From Paraferrimonas sedimenticola (lineage in GTDB: Bacteria; Pseudomonadota; Gammaproteobacteria; Enterobacterales; Shewanellaceae), in the NCBI RefSeq assembly GCF_002282855.1, contig NZ_NRIR01000002.1, positions 339,196 to 379,195 of the forward strand: 40,000 nt of DNA, in the 5' to 3' direction. Made by a program: the position numbers and the translations under genes. Shown in pieces: positions 1 through 9,324 of this stretch. Position 1 is the stretch's first letter; each line of letters begins with the position of its first letter. The notes below the pieces were generated by a model that ran no database searches, was not told the DNA's origin, and was given only the letters and a program-made list of their open reading frames with translations.

Positions 1-1581
1 CTGTTAGTGGTGGCAGCTAATGAAGGCTGGATGCCCATGACTCAGGCGCACTTAGAAGTCGCTGAGGCCATGAGCCAAGCCAGAGTCTTGGTGTGCATTA
101 CCAAGGCAGATCTGGTGGATGAGCAGCGATTGGCCGAGCTCGAGGATGAATGTTTGCAACGCGTGTTAGACACCTGCGAGCAAATTCCAGAGGTGATTTG
201 CGTCAGCGCCCACACCGGCCAAAATATCGACTCTCTCAAGCGCTTGATTACCGATCAGTTGGCGTTGGATTGCGGCCAAGAGGTCTGCGAGCATGAGGAG
301 CAGAGCACAACCGCGGCTGACCGCAATTGTCATCTGTATGTAGATCGAAGCTTTAGCGTCACTGGCGTAGGTACTGTGGTCACCGGAACTCTGGTCGGTG
401 GTGAGTTGGCGGTGGGGGATAGAATGACCCTGCAGCCAAGCAAGCAACAGGTCAAGGTGCGAAACCTACAAAGCTACAATCGTCCCGTCGACCGCGTCAG
501 CGGCAGCTGTCGTGTGGCGGTAGGCGTCAAGGGGGTTAACTATCGCTCTATCGGTCGCGGCGACTGTTTGACCACTTGTGCTGAATGGCAACGACCCGCT
601 CGCGAGTTGGTGGTGCGTCTTAATCGTAGCAACACACGCTTGAAAAGCGCCCAGGTTGAAGTGGCCATTGGCAGTTGGAACGGATTGGCGCAAATGATTC
701 CAATCAGTGACACTCAGCTGGTTCGTTTGCAGCTGCAACAGGATGTCAGTGGCTACTTTGGCCAACCCTTAGCCATCATTCAACAGGGCGGCAGCAAGCT
801 GATAGCGGGTGGGCGAATCGTTTGGCTTGAGGCTACCCAAAGGTGGCAACGGCGCAGTTTGTACCGTTTGCTCAACCAACTGACGCGCGATTTTGATGCG
901 CCTGATTACTATCGATTGCAGTTAGAGTTGCACGGACTGATCGATAAACAAAGCTATGACCCAACTCAGGCGTCAGAACTGGCAAAAGCCTTGCCATTGA
1001 TTGAAACGGCAAGCCACTATCTGTTGCAAAGCACGGTAGAACAAGCCCAATCGCAAATTGCGACATTACTGGCGCAACCGGCGGCGGCGATCTCTACCGT
1101 TGAGTTTTGCAGTCGTCTCAGACTCGACAAGGTCATCGTCGAACAAGCCTTGCAACAGTTAAAGCAAGACGGTGAGATTCATCTGAGTTATCAAACCTGG
1201 GTGGCGGGCCAAGGGCAAAGCGAGGACGATTTGTGTCCGTCGAGCCAAGCCTTGTTGACCAAGGTAAGACAGGCCGAACGCACGGGTGTTGTCGCGGACA
1301 AGGAGTTAATTGGCTTGGATAAAAAGCTGATTAAAAACCTCGCCCGACTCAAATATGTCACCTTGTTAGATGACAGCATTTATTACGACTCCCAGTTGTA
1401 CGACCAACTGGTGCAAGACGTTTTAGCGGATTGTCGAGTGAATCAACGCTTGTCGATGGCACACATAAAAGACCGTAGCCAACTCAGTCGCAAATACTCC
1501 ATTCCGCTGGCTAATCGCATGGAGCGAGATGGCTGGGTGAGACGGGTGGAAAACGATCGAGTGGTACTCAAGTGCTTATAG
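1..1581 (+). CDS. selB: Selenocysteine-specific translation elongation factor SelB, 5'-truncated by the window edge
   Basis: Frame +1 is open from nt 1 (LLVVAANEG...), so the N-terminal GTPase lies upstream. The visible part has an NKxD-like box (ITKADLV) and EF-Tu domain II-like SFSVTGVGTVVTGTLVGG. A ~350 aa C-terminal extension follows, as in bacterial SelB (SECIS-binding winged-helix region). A Sec-decoding fdhF lies in the same island. Confidence 0.85.
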   Translation: MLVVAANEGWMPMTQAHLEVAEAMSQARVLVCITKADLVDEQRLAELEDECLQRVLDTCEQIPEVICVSAHTGQNIDSLKRLITDQLALDCGQEVCEHEEQSTTAADRNCHLYVDRSFSVTGVGTVVTGTLVGGELAVGDRMTLQPSKQQVKVRNLQSYNRPVDRVSGSCRVAVGVKGVNYRSIGRGDCLTTCAEWQRPARELVVRLNRSNTRLKSAQVEVAIGSWNGLAQMIPISDTQLVRLQLQQDVSGYFGQPLAIIQQGGSKLIAGGRIVWLEATQRWQRRSLYRLLNQLTRDFDAPDYYRLQLELHGLIDKQSYDPTQASELAKALPLIETASHYLLQSTVEQAQSQIATLLAQPAAAISTVEFCSRLRLDKVIVEQALQQLKQDGEIHLSYQTWVAGQGQSEDDLCPSSQALLTKVRQAERTGVVADKELIGLDKKLIKNLARLKYVTLLDDSIYYDSQLYDQLVQDVLADCRVNQRLSMAHIKDRSQLSRKYSIPLANRMERDGWVRRVENDRVVLKCL

Positions 1582-1644
1582 CACTTCTGCCAAACTCTCA
1601 CTGACCGACTCCTTCAAATTGCCTTGTGGATGACAGGGCGACAA

Positions 1645-1667
1645 GCCGATGTGCGATGCGCATCGGC
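1645..1667 (+). terminator. Hairpin downstream of selB (GCCGATG-tgcgatgcg-CATCGGC), no U-tract
   Basis: 7-bp perfect inverted repeat about 65 nt after the selB stop. It lacks a T-run, so it is at best a weak or factor-dependent terminator or an mRNA-stabilising hairpin. Confidence 0.25.
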
Positions 1668-1727
1668 ACCGTCATTCTAAGGGCCATTTCTCAACTCAAA
1701 ACAACAAGTGTCATCGGCTTTCGATGG

Positions 1728-1764
1728 CTGTCGACACTAGTGTCGAAAGGCTCCATTTCGACAC
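1728..1764. promoter_or_regulatory. Candidate enhancer (UAS) for the sigma54 activator: clustered TCGACAC/GTGTCGA half-sites
   Basis: A perfect 16-bp palindrome TCGACACTAGTGTCGA lies at 1731-1746. GTGTCGAAA (1740-1748) is mirrored by TTTCGACAC (1756-1764). The same heptamer family is clustered upstream of hydN (13503-13554). The position is ~140 bp upstream of the -24/-12-like element at 1887. Confidence 0.45.
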
Positions 1765-1886
1765 CAAAATCCCCTTATTAAAACGCCAAAACGTCAAATC
1801 TTTTCAACTTGTCGCCAAAAAATAATTCAATAGAAACAATGAGTTGTAGTCTTTCTTGCCAGAAGTGTGAAGCTGGTTTTCAGACT

Positions 1887-1901
1887 TGGTGCGCAACTTG
1901 T
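1887..1901 (+). promoter_or_regulatory. Possible sigma54 (-24/-12) promoter of the hyf operon (weak match)
   Basis: The sequence is TGGTGCGCAACTTGT. It has GG and TTG at the canonical spacing, but the -12 dinucleotide is GT rather than GC. It lies 40 nt upstream of the hyfA ATG and ~140 bp downstream of the palindromic repeat cluster, the same geometry as the better promoter at 13650. Confidence 0.35.
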
Positions 1902-1940
1902 AATAGACACTGCAAGTACTGCAATAGATTAAGGCTAAAT

Positions 1941-2615
1941 ATGAATAGTTTTCTCATTGCAGATCCTACGCAGTGTATTGGATGCGGGACATGCATGGCA
2001 GCGTGTTCTTCAGTGCATAAGGCGAAAGGACTGCAATCCAAACCTAGATTGACCGTCATGCGGCACGGCAGTGCAACCGCACCTGTCATGTGTCGACATT
2101 GCGAAGACGCTCCATGTGCCACTGTCTGCCCTGTTAATGCCATTACCCAGAAAGACGGTATGGTTCATCTGAACGAAACCAACTGCGTGGGTTGCACCTT
2201 GTGTGCGATTGCTTGCCCATTCGGCGCAATTTCGCTCGATGGCAGTCGTCCGATTGGGCTGGCCAACAGCTACGACGTCCACATTCCATCCAATATTCAC
2301 TCCAGCAACCCGTCAACCTCGACACCGAGCTGTTTTGGTAAAGACATTCTGGCTTGGGAGCCTGGCGTTAAGAGCATCGCTATCAAATGCGACCTTTGCC
2401 AGAGCAACCCTGAGGGCCCAGCTTGTGCTGCTGCTTGTCCAACTCAGGCGATCTTCTTCGCCAACGAGAAGCAAGTCGCTGGTGCGGCGAAGAGCAAGCG
2501 CGAGCAAGCGGCTTGCAGTGGCGCGGACATCAACTTGCTAGGCAATCAAAACGGTGCAAGCAGCGCCGAGTTGCGCGCCAAGCTAAACAAGGAGAACAGT
2601 CATGACCTCGCTTGA
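1941..2615 (+). CDS. hyfA: Hydrogenase-4 component A, HycB/HyfA-type 4x[4Fe-4S] ferredoxin
   Basis: The ORF track opens at 1809. The conserved ferredoxin N-terminus MNSFLIADPTQCIGCGTCMAAC begins at ATG 1941, with AAGG at 1931-1934. Cluster motifs are CIGCGTCMAAC, CRHCEDAPCATVCP, CVGCTLCAIACP and CDLC..CAAACP. It overlaps hyfB by 14 nt. Confidence 0.85.
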   Translation: MNSFLIADPTQCIGCGTCMAACSSVHKAKGLQSKPRLTVMRHGSATAPVMCRHCEDAPCATVCPVNAITQKDGMVHLNETNCVGCTLCAIACPFGAISLDGSRPIGLANSYDVHIPSNIHSSNPSTSTPSCFGKDILAWEPGVKSIAIKCDLCQSNPEGPACAAACPTQAIFFANEKQVAGAAKSKREQAACSGADINLLGNQNGASSAELRAKLNKENSHDLA

Positions 2616-4629
2616 TTGGTTACTCTTATCTGTCTTGTTATACATAGGTGCCGCGTTCGGCTCTTTGTTGTTTTACAAGCAAGAGTCTATCGCTACTAAG
2701 TTATCCGGTTTAGTCGGCGCAGCGGCGGGTGTCGCAGGTGTTATTGCCGCGCTACCTACCCTGTTATCCGGTGATGTCATTGTTAAGTCGGTTTACAGTC
2801 CGTTTTACTTCTCTGACTTTGTGATTCGCCTAGATCCGCTATCAGCTTTCATGCTGATGGTGATTTCTCTGCTGGTGGTTGCGACCTCGATTTACTCCAT
2901 TTCCTACATGAAGGAGTACTTCAACAAGGGCGCGTGGGCCATGGGCTTCTTCATGAATAGCTTTATCGCTTCCATGGTTGCTCTGGTGGTTTGCGACAAC
3001 GCCTTCTACTTCATTGTCTTTTTCGAAATGATGTCGCTAGCCTCTTACTTCTTGGTTATCGCTGAGCAAAACGAAAAAGGCGTTCGCGCAGGTTTACAGT
3101 ACTTTTTGATTGCGCATGCTGGCTCAGTGCTGATCATGATTGCTTTCTACATTCTGTACCGCGAAACCGGCAGTCTGAACTTTGCGGACTTTGCCAACGC
3201 TCAGCTGACTGACGCTCAAGCATCGGCAGTCTTCTTGCTAGCCTTCTTCGGCTTCGGCGCGAAAGCCGGCATGATTACCTTGCACGGCTGGCTACCGCAA
3301 GCTCACCCCGCAGCACCGTCACACGCATCGGCAATGATGTCAGGTGTCATGGTCAAAATTGGTGTGTTTGGCATCATCAAAGTCAGCATCGACTTCTTGG
3401 GTGCTGAGTTGGCCTGGTGGGGTTACTTGGTACTTGCCTTTGGTTGTGTGTCTTCTGTATTGGGCGTGCTTTACGCACTGGCAGAGCACGACATCAAGCG
3501 CCTGTTGGCTTACCACACGGTTGAGAATGTCGGCATCATCCTGATTGGCGTGGGTATTGGCATGATTGGTATTGCCAAAGACATGCCTGTGCTAGCGACT
3601 TTGGGCCTGCTAGGCGGTTTGTATCACCTACTAAACCACGCGGTGTTTAAAGGACTGCTTTTCTTAGGTGCTGGCTCGATAATTTATCGCGTGCACACCA
3701 AGGACATGGAAAAAATGGGTGGCTTGGCCAAGCTAATGCCGCTAACCGCGATTGCCTTCTTGATCGGTACCATGGCGATTTCTGCACTACCACCGCTTAA
3801 CGGTTTCGTCAGTGAGTGGTTTATCTACCAATCGCTGCTGACCATGAGCCGCGAAGGTGGTGTTGCCATGCAAAGTGCGGCACCAATTGCTGTCGTCATG
3901 CTGGCGATTACCGGTGCTCTGGCTTGTATGTGCTTCGTTAAAGTGTTCGGTATCTGCTTTACCGGCGGTGCTCGCAGTGAGCAAGCGACTAAGGCCACTG
4001 AAGTGCCACTGAGCATGACCTTCGGTACCGGCAGCTTGGCGCTACTGTGTATCGTACTGGGCGTGGCTTCACCTTGGATTGCTCCTGTGATTTCTGGAGT
4101 TTCCAGCGCGCTAGTCGACACTCAAGTGCTGAACGTGACTCAAGGCATGGCGCTTATCCCAAGCGACCCAAGCCAAGCCATTCTATCCACTCCGGTTATC
4201 ACCATTGCTCTGGGCGCACTCTTTTTGGTGCCAATTGCCATTCTGGCGATTTTCAAAGGACCGAAGTTGGCCAACCGCGACGGCGGCGATCCTTGGGCTT
4301 GTGGCTATGGCTACGAAAACAAGATGTCGGTATCCGCTGGTGGCTTCACCCAACCGCTGCGCTCTATGTTTGCGCCTTTGTACCGAATCCGCAAACAAAT
4401 CGACCCTGCACCTTTGATGGCCAAATCTTTGGCTAGCACGACTCGAGGCGCCAGTTCGATAGAGCCGCAATTCGACAACAAGATCATTCTACCCACGCTG
4501 GGCCTTGTGAAGCGCATAGGTCGATGGGTTGGGCATCTGCAGTTTGGTGATTTCCGTGCTTACTGCATGTATATCATCATCGCTCTGCTGGTGCTGCTTT
4601 TCGTTCCACTTAACATGGGGGTGAGCTAA
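2602..4629 (+). CDS. hyfB: Hydrogenase-4 membrane subunit B (NuoL/HycC-like antiporter-type subunit)
   Basis: The 675 aa protein is polytopic and very hydrophobic. It carries the NuoL/M/N family signatures WLPQAHPAAPSHASAMMSGVMVK and KRLLAYHTVENVG. Its length matches E. coli HyfB (~672 aa, from memory). AAGGAG lies 7 nt before the ATG. Confidence 0.88.
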   Translation: MTSLDWLLLSVLLYIGAAFGSLLFYKQESIATKLSGLVGAAAGVAGVIAALPTLLSGDVIVKSVYSPFYFSDFVIRLDPLSAFMLMVISLLVVATSIYSISYMKEYFNKGAWAMGFFMNSFIASMVALVVCDNAFYFIVFFEMMSLASYFLVIAEQNEKGVRAGLQYFLIAHAGSVLIMIAFYILYRETGSLNFADFANAQLTDAQASAVFLLAFFGFGAKAGMITLHGWLPQAHPAAPSHASAMMSGVMVKIGVFGIIKVSIDFLGAELAWWGYLVLAFGCVSSVLGVLYALAEHDIKRLLAYHTVENVGIILIGVGIGMIGIAKDMPVLATLGLLGGLYHLLNHAVFKGLLFLGAGSIIYRVHTKDMEKMGGLAKLMPLTAIAFLIGTMAISALPPLNGFVSEWFIYQSLLTMSREGGVAMQSAAPIAVVMLAITGALACMCFVKVFGICFTGGARSEQATKATEVPLSMTFGTGSLALLCIVLGVASPWIAPVISGVSSALVDTQVLNVTQGMALIPSDPSQAILSTPVITIALGALFLVPIAILAIFKGPKLANRDGGDPWACGYGYENKMSVSAGGFTQPLRSMFAPLYRIRKQIDPAPLMAKSLASTTRGASSIEPQFDNKIILPTLGLVKRIGRWVGHLQFGDFRAYCMYIIIALLVLLFVPLNMGVS

Positions 4630-5582
4630 TGCAAGCGTTAGAAATGCCAAGTCCTGAATGGATTGCTTTAGCACTGATTCAGGCATTGATGATGGTGGCC
4701 TTGGCTCCCATGGCAACCGGTTTTACGCGTGTCTTGCGCGCCAAGATGCACTCGCGTAAAGGCCCTGGTCTGCTTCAGGACTACCGCGATATTGCCAAAC
4801 TACTGCGCCGCCAAGAGGTAGCGCCAAACTCGTCCGGGCTAGTGTTCAAGGTCATGCCTTTGGTGCTGATGTCGACCATGTTGTTGGTTGGTATGGCACT
4901 GCCGACAGTGACCAACAGCTCGCCGTTCCCAATTGCTGGTGATGTCATCACAGATATCTATCTGTTTGCCATCTTCCGCTTCTTCTTCGCGTTGTCGGGG
5001 TTGGATTCGGGCAGCATGTTCGCCGGTGTTGGCTCAGGCCGTGAATTGACCTTAGGGGTCTTAGTAGAACCCATTCTAATGTTGTCGATTTTCACCATGG
5101 CACTGTCTGCCGGTACTTTCGACTTGGGTTACATCAGTACCTTCATGGCCACTCAAGAGTGGGCGGTTCCTGGTGCTGTGCTACTGGCCGGCGCTGCTTG
5201 TGCCTTTGCGGTGTTTATCGAAATGGGCAAGCTGCCATTTGATAGCGCTGAAGCTGAGCAAGAGTTGCAAGAAGGCCCGCTAACCGAGTACTCAGGTGCT
5301 GGTTTTGCCATGGTCAAACTGGCCTTGGGTCTGAAGCAACTGGTGGTTGCGCAGCTGTTCCTAGCGATTTTCATTCCCTTTGGCAAAGCGGCCGAGCTGA
5401 GTTTCAGCGGTGTGCTGATGGCCACGCCAATTCTTCTGGCCAAGCTATTCGTGGTGTTCCTCATCGCAGGTGTGATTGAAAACAGTGTTGCGCGGACTCG
5501 TTTCCTCAAAACACATCATCTCACTTGGGTTGGATTTGGCATCGCTGTGCTTGGCTTCATTTTCTACATTATTGGCCTATAG
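4629..5582 (+). CDS. hyfC: Hydrogenase-4 membrane subunit C (NuoH/HycD-like)
   Basis: The 317 aa polytopic protein has the NuoH-like motifs RKGPGLLQDYRDIAKL and PFDSAEAEQELQEGPLTEYSG. The start overlaps the hyfB stop (TAATG). Confidence 0.88.
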   Translation: MQALEMPSPEWIALALIQALMMVALAPMATGFTRVLRAKMHSRKGPGLLQDYRDIAKLLRRQEVAPNSSGLVFKVMPLVLMSTMLLVGMALPTVTNSSPFPIAGDVITDIYLFAIFRFFFALSGLDSGSMFAGVGSGRELTLGVLVEPILMLSIFTMALSAGTFDLGYISTFMATQEWAVPGAVLLAGAACAFAVFIEMGKLPFDSAEAEQELQEGPLTEYSGAGFAMVKLALGLKQLVVAQLFLAIFIPFGKAAELSFSGVLMATPILLAKLFVVFLIAGVIENSVARTRFLKTHHLTWVGFGIAVLGFIFYIIGL

Positions 5583-5594
5583 GGAGCGAGCACA

Positions 5595-7040
5595 ATGACG
5601 TTAGAAACACTTGCTTTACTCACTATCTTAGCGCCTTTCGTCGGTGCGATACTCACGGTGCTGGTCCCTAGCGACACAGCCAAGTGGGTGTGTCAGTTCT
5701 TCGCTGGTATCGCATCGGTCGCGGCCATTGGATTGGCGGCCACCTTGTTAGGTGGCGACCAAGCCAGCATCCACTACTCCCTGATTTCGATTGGCGATGT
5801 AGAACTGTTTGGTTTGACGGTAGATAAGGTCAGCACGCTAATCACAGTCGCTGTGGTGGTGTTGGGTTTGCTGGTTACCATGTACTCCTTGGGGTATATG
5901 TCGCAAGGCAACCGCGAGCATCCGCACACGGGCCTACCACGCTACTACGCCTTCTTGCTGATTTTCATCGGCGCCATGGCAGGCTTGGTATTGTCATCGA
6001 CCGTTCTTGGCCAGTTGTTCTTCTTTGAGATAACCGGTGCCTGTTCTTGGTCGCTGATTGGTTACTACCAGTCCTCTAAGTCGCTAAAAGCAGCGCTAAA
6101 GGCACTGTTGGTCACTCACGTCGGCTCTATCGGCTTGTTCATTGCAGCGGCGCTGGTGTTCACCAATACCGGTACCTTTGCGGTTAGCGCGTTGGCCAGC
6201 CTAGATGAGTCCACTAAAACTCTGGTATTCCTGGGTATTTTGTTTGCCGCTTGGGCTAAGTCTGCTCAGTTGCCATTACACATGTGGCTACCAGATGCGA
6301 TGAACGCACCGACCCCAGTCAGTGCTTACCTACACGCAGCCTCTATGGTTAAAGTGGGTGTGTACATCTTCGCTCGCGCCATCATGGAAGGCGGCGATAT
6401 TCCTGAGATCATCGGTATTGTTGGTGTCGTTGGCTCCATCATTACTCTGATTTACGGCTTCGTGATGTACTTGCCGCAAACCGACATGAAGCGTTTGCTG
6501 GCCTACTCAACCATCACTCAACTGGCTTACATCTTCTTGGCATTGTCGCTGTCGGTGTTTGGCTCTCAGTTGGCCTTTGAAGGTGGTATTACTTACATCT
6601 TCAACCACGCCTTCGCCAAGAGCTTGTTCTTCTTAGTCGCTGGCGCCTTTAGCTACAGCATGGGCACTCGCTTGCTGCCTCAACTCAAAGGAGTTGTGAA
6701 GAAATCGCCACTGTTGGCGGTGGGCTTTTGCGTTGCCGCGCTAGCCATTACTGGTGTGCCGCCATTTAACGGCTTTTTTAGCAAGTTCCCGTTGTTTGCC
6801 GCTGGCTTTGAACTAACCGCCACTCACACCTGGCTAATGCCAATCATGATTCTGGCTTTGATTGAATCGGTCGCCAGCTTTGGCTGGATTTTGTACTGGT
6901 TCGGTAAGTCGGTCATCGGCGAGCCATCTGAGCAAGTGGAATCGGCTAAGCCACTGCCTGCGTCCATGACTGTCGTGATCCTTGTGCTGATTGTCATGTC
7001 GCTGTGTTCCAGCGTAATTGCCGCCAATTGGCTGGTGTAG
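5595..7040 (+). CDS. hyfD: Hydrogenase-4 membrane subunit D (NuoM/N-like antiporter-type subunit)
   Basis: The 481 aa polytopic protein carries WLPDAMNAPTPVSAYLHAASMVKVG and KRLLAYSTITQL. Its size and position match HyfD. This subunit is present in Hyf-type complexes but absent from Hyc-type complexes. Confidence 0.85.
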   Translation: MTLETLALLTILAPFVGAILTVLVPSDTAKWVCQFFAGIASVAAIGLAATLLGGDQASIHYSLISIGDVELFGLTVDKVSTLITVAVVVLGLLVTMYSLGYMSQGNREHPHTGLPRYYAFLLIFIGAMAGLVLSSTVLGQLFFFEITGACSWSLIGYYQSSKSLKAALKALLVTHVGSIGLFIAAALVFTNTGTFAVSALASLDESTKTLVFLGILFAAWAKSAQLPLHMWLPDAMNAPTPVSAYLHAASMVKVGVYIFARAIMEGGDIPEIIGIVGVVGSIITLIYGFVMYLPQTDMKRLLAYSTITQLAYIFLALSLSVFGSQLAFEGGITYIFNHAFAKSLFFLVAGAFSYSMGTRLLPQLKGVVKKSPLLAVGFCVAALAITGVPPFNGFFSKFPLFAAGFELTATHTWLMPIMILALIESVASFGWILYWFGKSVIGEPSEQVESAKPLPASMTVVILVLIVMSLCSSVIAANWLV

Positions 7041-7059
7041 CTGAGTTGAGGAAGAATGT

Positions 7060-7710
7060 ATGAATCCCGATATTTTAATCAATAACCTGGCCGGCCTGCT
7101 CATCATCACCAGTGTGATGGTGATCGGCGCCAAAAAGGCCAAATCCGCTGCGATCCTCTACTCAGTGCAATCGCTAGTGCTGGTACTGACATTCTTGGCA
7201 ATTGCCAAGAGTGTCGATGCTACCGAGCTATACCACTGGTCGATGACGGCATTTGTCACCAAAGTTATCGCGCTACCGGCAATCTTGTACATCGCTTTGA
7301 GCAAAATGAGCGACCCAAGCGCCGATCGCCCTGTGTTGCACCTGGGTTGGTTAATTCCCATCGCCGGCTTGATTACCGTGACTTGCTACTTTGCAGTCGA
7401 GTCGGTGTCACTGCCACTAGTGGCTCACCTTAAACCCGCGCTAGCGGTTGCCGTTGGCCACTTTTTCTTAGGTCTATTGTGCATCGTCAGCCAGCGAAAC
7501 ATCCTCAAGCAGTTGTTTGGTTACTGCTTGATGGAAAACGGTTCGTCACTGGTACTGGCATTGCTGGCCAACAAGGCGCCGGGATTAGTTGAAGTGGGTA
7601 TTACCACAGACGCTGTGTTTGCCGTGCTGTTCATGGTGATTTTGGCTCGTCAAATCTATCAGAAGTTGAACACCTTAGACGTGAATCAACTGAATCAACT
7701 TAAGGGGTAA
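7060..7710 (+). CDS. hyfE: Hydrogenase-4 membrane subunit E
   Basis: The 216 aa hydrophobic protein has the same length as E. coli HyfE (from memory). Its position between the two antiporter-like subunits fits, and GAGGAAG lies upstream of the ATG. Confidence 0.8.
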   Translation: MNPDILINNLAGLLIITSVMVIGAKKAKSAAILYSVQSLVLVLTFLAIAKSVDATELYHWSMTAFVTKVIALPAILYIALSKMSDPSADRPVLHLGWLIPIAGLITVTCYFAVESVSLPLVAHLKPALAVAVGHFFLGLLCIVSQRNILKQLFGYCLMENGSSLVLALLANKAPGLVEVGITTDAVFAVLFMVILARQIYQKLNTLDVNQLNQLKG

Positions 7711-7715
7711 TCACG

Positions 7716-9311
7716 ATGTCTCCATCCGATATGTTGCTGTTGCTACTGTCGACGCCCTTAATCGCGTCAGTGGTCTCCTTTGCAACCGTTAAAAGCGGAA
7801 AAGGCGCTCGCTCACTGGCGATTGGCTGTCACGCCTTATCAATGGTCGCAATCTGCGTCTTGTCCTTTGCACTGGCCAAAACCGCTTTCTTTGACGGCGC
7901 GATTCTGGCGCAAAATAACTGGCTCTACATCGATGGCCTGTCAGGCTTGTTCTTGGCGGTGCTTGGTCTGGTATCTCTGCTCACGGGCATGTACTCCATT
8001 GGTTACATCAACCACGAGTACAAACACGGTGAGTTGTCGGGTGAAAAGGTCTCGCTTTATTACGGCCTGTTCAACCTGTTCATCGCCTCTATGCTAGTCG
8101 CGGTAACGGCCAACAACGTCATCATGATGTGGATTGCGATTGAAGCTACCACTATCTGCTCTGTGTTCTTGGTTGGCCTTTACGGTCAGCGCTCGTCGCT
8201 CGAAGCGGCTTGGAAGTACATTGTGATTTGTACTGTGGGATTGGCCTTTGGTTTGTTTGGTTCGATTCTGACCTACGCCAATGCCAGTGCGGTATTGGCC
8301 GACCCAACCAACGCCATCTTCTGGACCGAAATTCACCAGAACGCGCAGGCCCTGGATACTAGCCTTGTGCACCTTGCCTTTGTGTTCGTGCTGATTGGTT
8401 TTGGTACCAAAGTAGGCTTGTTCCCAATGCACGCTTGGTTGCCAGACGCTCACTCTGAGGCGCCAAGCCCAGTCAGTGCGCTGCTATCTGCAGGCCTGCT
8501 GAATTGTGCCCTGTTGATTGTACTGCGCTACTACATCATCACCGCCAAGTCGATTGGACCGGCATTCCCGCAAACTCTGTTGCTGATCTTCGGCTTTATG
8601 TCGGTGGCAGTGGCTGCGTTCTACATCATCACTCAACGCGATATCAAGCGCCTGTTGGCTTACTCAAGTGTCGAGAACATGGGCCTGATTACGCTGGCGA
8701 TTGCTCTGGGTCCTTTGGGTGTTATCGCGGGTCTATTGCACGTGATTAACCACAGCTTGGCCAAGACTCTGATGTTCTGCGGCGCCGGTAACATTCTATT
8801 GAAGTACGGCACCCGCGACATCGGTATCGTTAAGGGCATTTTGCGAGTGGCCCCTCTGACCGGTGTGTTAGTAGTGGTTGGCGCGCTAGCCCTAGGTGGC
8901 GTACCACCGTTTAGCATCTTTGTCAGCGAATTCACCATGGTGACCGCGGCCATTGGCGCCGATCGCATCTGGTTTGCCATTTTGCTGCTGTTGCTTCTGA
9001 CCGTTGTACTCGGCGGTTTGGCCTACATGGCGGCGCAATGTGTGATGGGCGAGAAGCCAGAACAAGTAGAACGAGGCGAGCTGGGCTTTATGACCTTAGC
9101 GCCAATGGCCGCCATCGTAGTGATGTTGGTGATTATGGGTACCGCAATCCCTGCATCTGCATTGAAAGGCGTTGACAGCGCAGCACTTGTCATCCTCGAC
9201 AGCCAAGAGTCCAGCGTAATGAACTCGCTGAACCTGCCGTTCGAGTCTTTAAATGAAAATCAGCAACAGGCCAAGGCCGATATCGCTGAATTACCGTTAG
9301 CGCAGAAATAA
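7716..9311 (+). CDS. hyfF: Hydrogenase-4 membrane subunit F (NuoN/M-like antiporter-type subunit)
   Basis: The 531 aa polytopic protein carries WLPDAHSEAPSPVSALLSAGLLN and KRLLAYSSVENMG. Its polar C-terminal tail is Q/E-rich. Confidence 0.85.
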   Translation: MSPSDMLLLLLSTPLIASVVSFATVKSGKGARSLAIGCHALSMVAICVLSFALAKTAFFDGAILAQNNWLYIDGLSGLFLAVLGLVSLLTGMYSIGYINHEYKHGELSGEKVSLYYGLFNLFIASMLVAVTANNVIMMWIAIEATTICSVFLVGLYGQRSSLEAAWKYIVICTVGLAFGLFGSILTYANASAVLADPTNAIFWTEIHQNAQALDTSLVHLAFVFVLIGFGTKVGLFPMHAWLPDAHSEAPSPVSALLSAGLLNCALLIVLRYYIITAKSIGPAFPQTLLLIFGFMSVAVAAFYIITQRDIKRLLAYSSVENMGLITLAIALGPLGVIAGLLHVINHSLAKTLMFCGAGNILLKYGTRDIGIVKGILRVAPLTGVLVVVGALALGGVPPFSIFVSEFTMVTAAIGADRIWFAILLLLLLTVVLGGLAYMAAQCVMGEKPEQVERGELGFMTLAPMAAIVVMLVIMGTAIPASALKGVDSAALVILDSQESSVMNSLNLPFESLNENQQQAKADIAELPLAQK

Positions 9312-9324
9312 GCGAGGAAATCCT

